From NCBI GenBank assembly GCA_025061115.1, contig JANZKC010000003.1:32001-96000 (forward strand): DNA of 64,000 nucleotides, read 5' to 3'. Positions 60,483 to 64,000 of the stretch are shown piece after piece. Each line of letters starts with the position of its first letter. The first letter of the stretch is position 1. The position numbers were made by a program, and so were the translations under genes. The notes under the pieces were generated by a model, which was given only the letters and a program-made list of their open reading frames with translations, was not told the origin of the DNA and did no database searches. The DNA comes from Candidatus Culexmicrobium cathedralense. Its GTDB lineage: Archaea > Thermoproteota > Methanomethylicia > Culexarchaeales > Culexmicrobiaceae.

Positions 60483-62282
60483 ATGGTGCTGGCTGGTTAT
60501 GGAGGCAGAGTTGTTAAAGTCAATTTGAGTACTTTAAAAGTTCAAGTTGATGATATAAGCGAATCAATAGCTAAAAAGTTCATTGGCGGTCTTGGATTAG
60601 CATCATATTACTTCTACAAGTACCTCCCCAATTACAATGTCGATCCATTAAGTCCAGATAATCTTTTGATTATAGCTTCAGGGCCATTCAATGGAGGATT
60701 AATACCAATGAGTACTAAGGCCATTTTACTGTTCAAATCTCCACAAACTAACGTTCTAGGCGCTTCAATTGTTGGTGGAAGCTTTGGAAGTTACATGAAG
60801 TGGGCTGGAATTGACTTGATAATGATCACTGGAAGAGCTGTAGAGCCAGTCTACATATTAATAAATGATGGAGAAGTTGAGATCAAAAGCGCCTCACATC
60901 TGTGGGGTAAGGGCTCTCACGTTGCTGAGAACAGTATTAAAGAAGAAATTGGGGATTCGGCGTCTGTGCTCACCATAGGTCCTGCAGGCGAAAACATGGT
61001 TAAATTTGCATGTGTAAATAATGACTATTGGAGGCAAGCAGGCAGAACTGGTGGAGGGGCGGTTTTTGGCTCCAAACGGTTAAAGGCGATAGCCATAAGA
61101 GCTTCTCCAAAGGCATCTCATTACTACGATTCTGAGAAGCTGCATGAATTGGTGGCTGAAGTTCATGAGTTAATTAGGAGCAGTAAGCCGATTCAGGGCT
61201 ATTCTTTAAGGGGAACTGTTGGAGCAGTTGAAGTGGCTAACGTTTTAGGGTATTTCCCGACTAGATATTGGAGCAAAGTTAAGCTCGAAGACTACGAAAA
61301 AGTTTCGTGGGAAGCCTACAAGGATTATCGAGTTAAAAGAATGACTTGCATAGGATGTCCAGTAGCCTGCCATCAGTATGTCGAAATAAGAGATTCAAGA
61401 TATGGATTAATTAAAGTTTCACTTGAATATGAAAATATATTTGCAATAGCTGGTTTATGCGAAATTTCAGATTCAATAGCAGTTGCCTATCTTAATGCAA
61501 TTATAGACGACTATGGCTTGGACACGATTTCAACCGGCAATGTAATAGCCTTTGCAATTGAAGCTTTCAAGAGAGGGCGATTAAAGTTAGACAGGGAAAT
61601 TGATTATGGTGATGTCGAGGGATTTACATGGCTCTTGGAAAAAGTAGTACGCAGAGAAGGGGTTGGAGAAATTTTAGCTGAAGGGGTTGCTAAGGCAGCT
61701 GAAAAACTTAAACTAAATGAAATTGCCGTGCACGTTAAAGGACTTGAGCCGCCTGGATATGATCCTAGAACTCTAAAGGGAATGATATTGTCATATGCTG
61801 TGTCATTTAGGGGAGCTTGTCATTTGAGAATGATGGGTTATCATGCAGATTTAATGGGACTTGGTGGGGGAAGATATTCAGCTAGTAGAGAGAAGGTTGA
61901 AATTCTAATTGACTTGGAAAATAGAGGTGCCATGTATGATTCGCTTCCACTATGTAAATTTGGAAGATTCATTTATGACTGGGATTTGATGGCGAAATTG
62001 CTTAATGCCGCAACGGGCTTCAACTATGAAGTTTGCGATCTGAAGAAAATTGCGGAGAGGATAATAACATTAACGAGGTTAATTAACGTCAAATTTGGAG
62101 TTAAAAGGAACGATGACAAGCTTCCGCTGAAGTTCTTTATAGAGCCAGTAGCCCATGAAGGTGAAAGGAAACTAAGCGAAAAGGAGGTTGAAAATATGAT
62201 AAGCACATACTATGCAATGAGAGGTTGGAACGAAAGTGGAATGCCTAAGAAGGAGAAAATAGCTGAACTTGAACTGGGATGA
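60483..62282 (+). CDS. Second AOR-family tungsten oxidoreductase
   Basis: GPAGE, AGRTGGGAVFGSK, CIGCPVAC, EYE, GLDTIS, YDPR, RGACH. Confidence 0.92.
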   Translation: MVLAGYGGRVVKVNLSTLKVQVDDISESIAKKFIGGLGLASYYFYKYLPNYNVDPLSPDNLLIIASGPFNGGLIPMSTKAILLFKSPQTNVLGASIVGGSFGSYMKWAGIDLIMITGRAVEPVYILINDGEVEIKSASHLWGKGSHVAENSIKEEIGDSASVLTIGPAGENMVKFACVNNDYWRQAGRTGGGAVFGSKRLKAIAIRASPKASHYYDSEKLHELVAEVHELIRSSKPIQGYSLRGTVGAVEVANVLGYFPTRYWSKVKLEDYEKVSWEAYKDYRVKRMTCIGCPVACHQYVEIRDSRYGLIKVSLEYENIFAIAGLCEISDSIAVAYLNAIIDDYGLDTISTGNVIAFAIEAFKRGRLKLDREIDYGDVEGFTWLLEKVVRREGVGEILAEGVAKAAEKLKLNEIAVHVKGLEPPGYDPRTLKGMILSYAVSFRGACHLRMMGYHADLMGLGGGRYSASREKVEILIDLENRGAMYDSLPLCKFGRFIYDWDLMAKLLNAATGFNYEVCDLKKIAERIITLTRLINVKFGVKRNDDKLPLKFFIEPVAHEGERKLSEKEVENMISTYYAMRGWNESGMPKKEKIAELELG

Positions 62283-62373
62283 GGGATTAGTTATTCACAA
62301 GAATCAAGATGCTTTCAAAGATCAATAAGTATTATTAACTATTAAGTCTAAAACAATATGTGAGGGATTAGAT

Positions 62374-63702
62374 ATGAATGAATTTTTTAAGTCATCCAAA
62401 GAAGTGATTGAAAGTCAAAAGAAATTAATGTTCCCATGCATGCCAAAATATCGGCAGCCGGTGGTGATCGTTGAGGGTAGAGGAGCTTTAGTGAAGGATT
62501 TGGATGGAAAGTTGTATATCGACCTGTTTGCCGGTTATGCGGCAGTAAATATCGGTCATTGCCACCCTAAGGTCGTAGAGGCAATAACCTACTGGGCTAA
62601 AAGGATTCATCATACCTCATATGACTATTATAATTTGCCATCAGCATTATTGGCCGAAAAACTCGTTAAAATACTTCCAATGGAGGGGGATAAGAAAGTT
62701 TTCTTCTGCGTTAGCGGTGCAGAAGCAATTGAAGGATCAATTAAATTAATGAAAAAATACATGCTTAAAAATAAAGGAAAAACTGGAATTGAAGTATTAA
62801 CTTTAAGGTATAGCTTTCATGGAAGAACTCACATGGCAACAGCATTAACTGGGCAAAGCAAATACAAGAAGGGAATGGCAACGGTTTCAACAATTCCAGG
62901 AGTAAAAATTGTTCCTGCACCTTACTGCTACAGATGTCCATTCAAAATGGAATATCCTGAGTGCAACTTGTTCTGTGCTTACTATATTGAAGACATCATA
63001 AGATTCGAGACGTCAACTGACATAGGTGCTTTTCTAGCCGAGCCAGTTTTGGGTGAGGGTGGAATAATAGTTCCTCCAAAAGAATACTTTAAAGAAGTAG
63101 TTAAAATCATCAGGGATTATGATGGCCTCTTCATAGCCGATGAGGTTCAAACTGGATTTGCAAGAACAGGAAAAATATTTGGAATTGAAAACTTTGAAGT
63201 GGAGCCAGACATAATTGCAATGGCTAAGGGAATTACTAGCGGATTACCATTAGGTGCAATTGGAGCTAAAGCAGAAATTGCAAATGCGTTTGAATCAGGA
63301 GATCATTCATCGACTTGGGGGCCAAATGCAGTTTCATGTGCAGCTGCAAGTGCTGTAATAGATGTAATTCTTAAAGAGAATATCCCTGAAAAAGTCGACG
63401 AACTTGGAAAGTACTTTATAAGCGGAATTGAAGAATTGGCTAAAAAGCATAGATTAATTGGCGATGTGAGAGGACTTGGACTAATGATTGGAGTAGAATT
63501 AGTTAGGGATAGGGCTGAGAAAACACCTGCAGTTAAAGAGGCAATCAAAGTTAGAAATTACATGAGGGAAAGCGGTTTCCTCATCGGCGCCGGAGGAGCA
63601 TTTGGCTCAACACTTAGGATTGAACCGCCATTAATGATAACTAAAGAGCAAATAGATAGGGCATTAGAAGCATTAGATCAAGCTTTAAAGAAAGTCGAAT
63701 AA
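62374..63702 (+). CDS. Class-III PLP aminotransferase (omega-amine/GABA/ornithine type)
   Basis: SGAEAIE, FHGRT, EPVLGEGG, DEVQTGFARTG, MAKG, STWG. Confidence 0.93.
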   Translation: MNEFFKSSKEVIESQKKLMFPCMPKYRQPVVIVEGRGALVKDLDGKLYIDLFAGYAAVNIGHCHPKVVEAITYWAKRIHHTSYDYYNLPSALLAEKLVKILPMEGDKKVFFCVSGAEAIEGSIKLMKKYMLKNKGKTGIEVLTLRYSFHGRTHMATALTGQSKYKKGMATVSTIPGVKIVPAPYCYRCPFKMEYPECNLFCAYYIEDIIRFETSTDIGAFLAEPVLGEGGIIVPPKEYFKEVVKIIRDYDGLFIADEVQTGFARTGKIFGIENFEVEPDIIAMAKGITSGLPLGAIGAKAEIANAFESGDHSSTWGPNAVSCAAASAVIDVILKENIPEKVDELGKYFISGIEELAKKHRLIGDVRGLGLMIGVELVRDRAEKTPAVKEAIKVRNYMRESGFLIGAGGAFGSTLRIEPPLMITKEQIDRALEALDQALKKVE

Positions 63703-63840
63703 ATTCATAATCCTTTTCTTAATACTTAATTTTAAATTATTAAAGTTTTAATGTTTAAATATTTTTGATATTTTATTCCATATTTTTCCCTTAATTTTTA
63801 TATGCTTCTTTTTGAATACTTATTTTTGAGGGTTGATTCT

Positions 63841-64000
63841 ATGTCAAATGTAAAAGTTTGGAAGAGTGAAGAGTTAGGTATTACAATTGAAATTGATTAT
63901 GATAAGTGCACTGGCGTTGGTGAGTGCGTGAGGATTTGCCCTGTGCAAGTTTACGAGTTAATTGATGGGAAGGCGGCTGCTACAAATATTGATCAATGCA
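63841..64000 (+). CDS. Ferredoxin (runs off the window end; not in the ORF track)
   Basis: Hand translation MSNVKVWKSEELGITIEIDYDKCTGVGECVRICPVQVYELIDGKAAATNIDQC... Confidence 0.85.
   Translation, partial: MSNVKVWKSEELGITIEIDYDKCTGVGECVRICPVQVYELIDGKAAATNIDQC

Noticed and set aside
923-63548. Numerous 60-170 aa antisense or overlapping ORFs in the track (e.g. 923-1327, 21295-21732, 24273-24713, 59039-59545)
   Set aside because: Ser/Ile/Phe-rich shadows of well-supported genes on the opposite strand or in another frame

Overview
Gene-dense, AT-rich (visibly below 50% GC, not computed) chromosomal segment of a hyperthermophilic anaerobic archaeon, probably TACK lineage. This assignment is inferred from reverse gyrase, archaeal-type TrpRS/TyrRS/AsnRS, DTD2, Clp1 and GGTGA/GGAGG ribosome-binding sites. 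The first ~49 kb mixes housekeeping genes (reverse gyrase, three aminoacyl-tRNA synthetases, AlaX, DTD2, argG/argH, speE, Sir2, Clp1), several peptidases/deacylases, an AOR-MoaD-radical SAM module, a stand-alone archaeo-eukaryotic primase (AEP)-fold gene and several decayed gene remnants. The last ~15 kb is a coherent Mo/W redox island: XdhC, MocA, MoeA, an M20 deacylase, a Zn-ADH, a DUF362 protein with a Cys-rich tail, a three-subunit xanthine-oxidase-family hydroxylase with a ubiquitin-like gene inserted inside it, a second AOR, a class-III aminotransferase and a ferredoxin. It looks like an uncharacterised N-heterocycle/amine catabolic pathway and is the best candidate for a new system. I found no rRNA, tRNA, CRISPR array or transposase. 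All family calls are by eye from motifs; no database searches were run.
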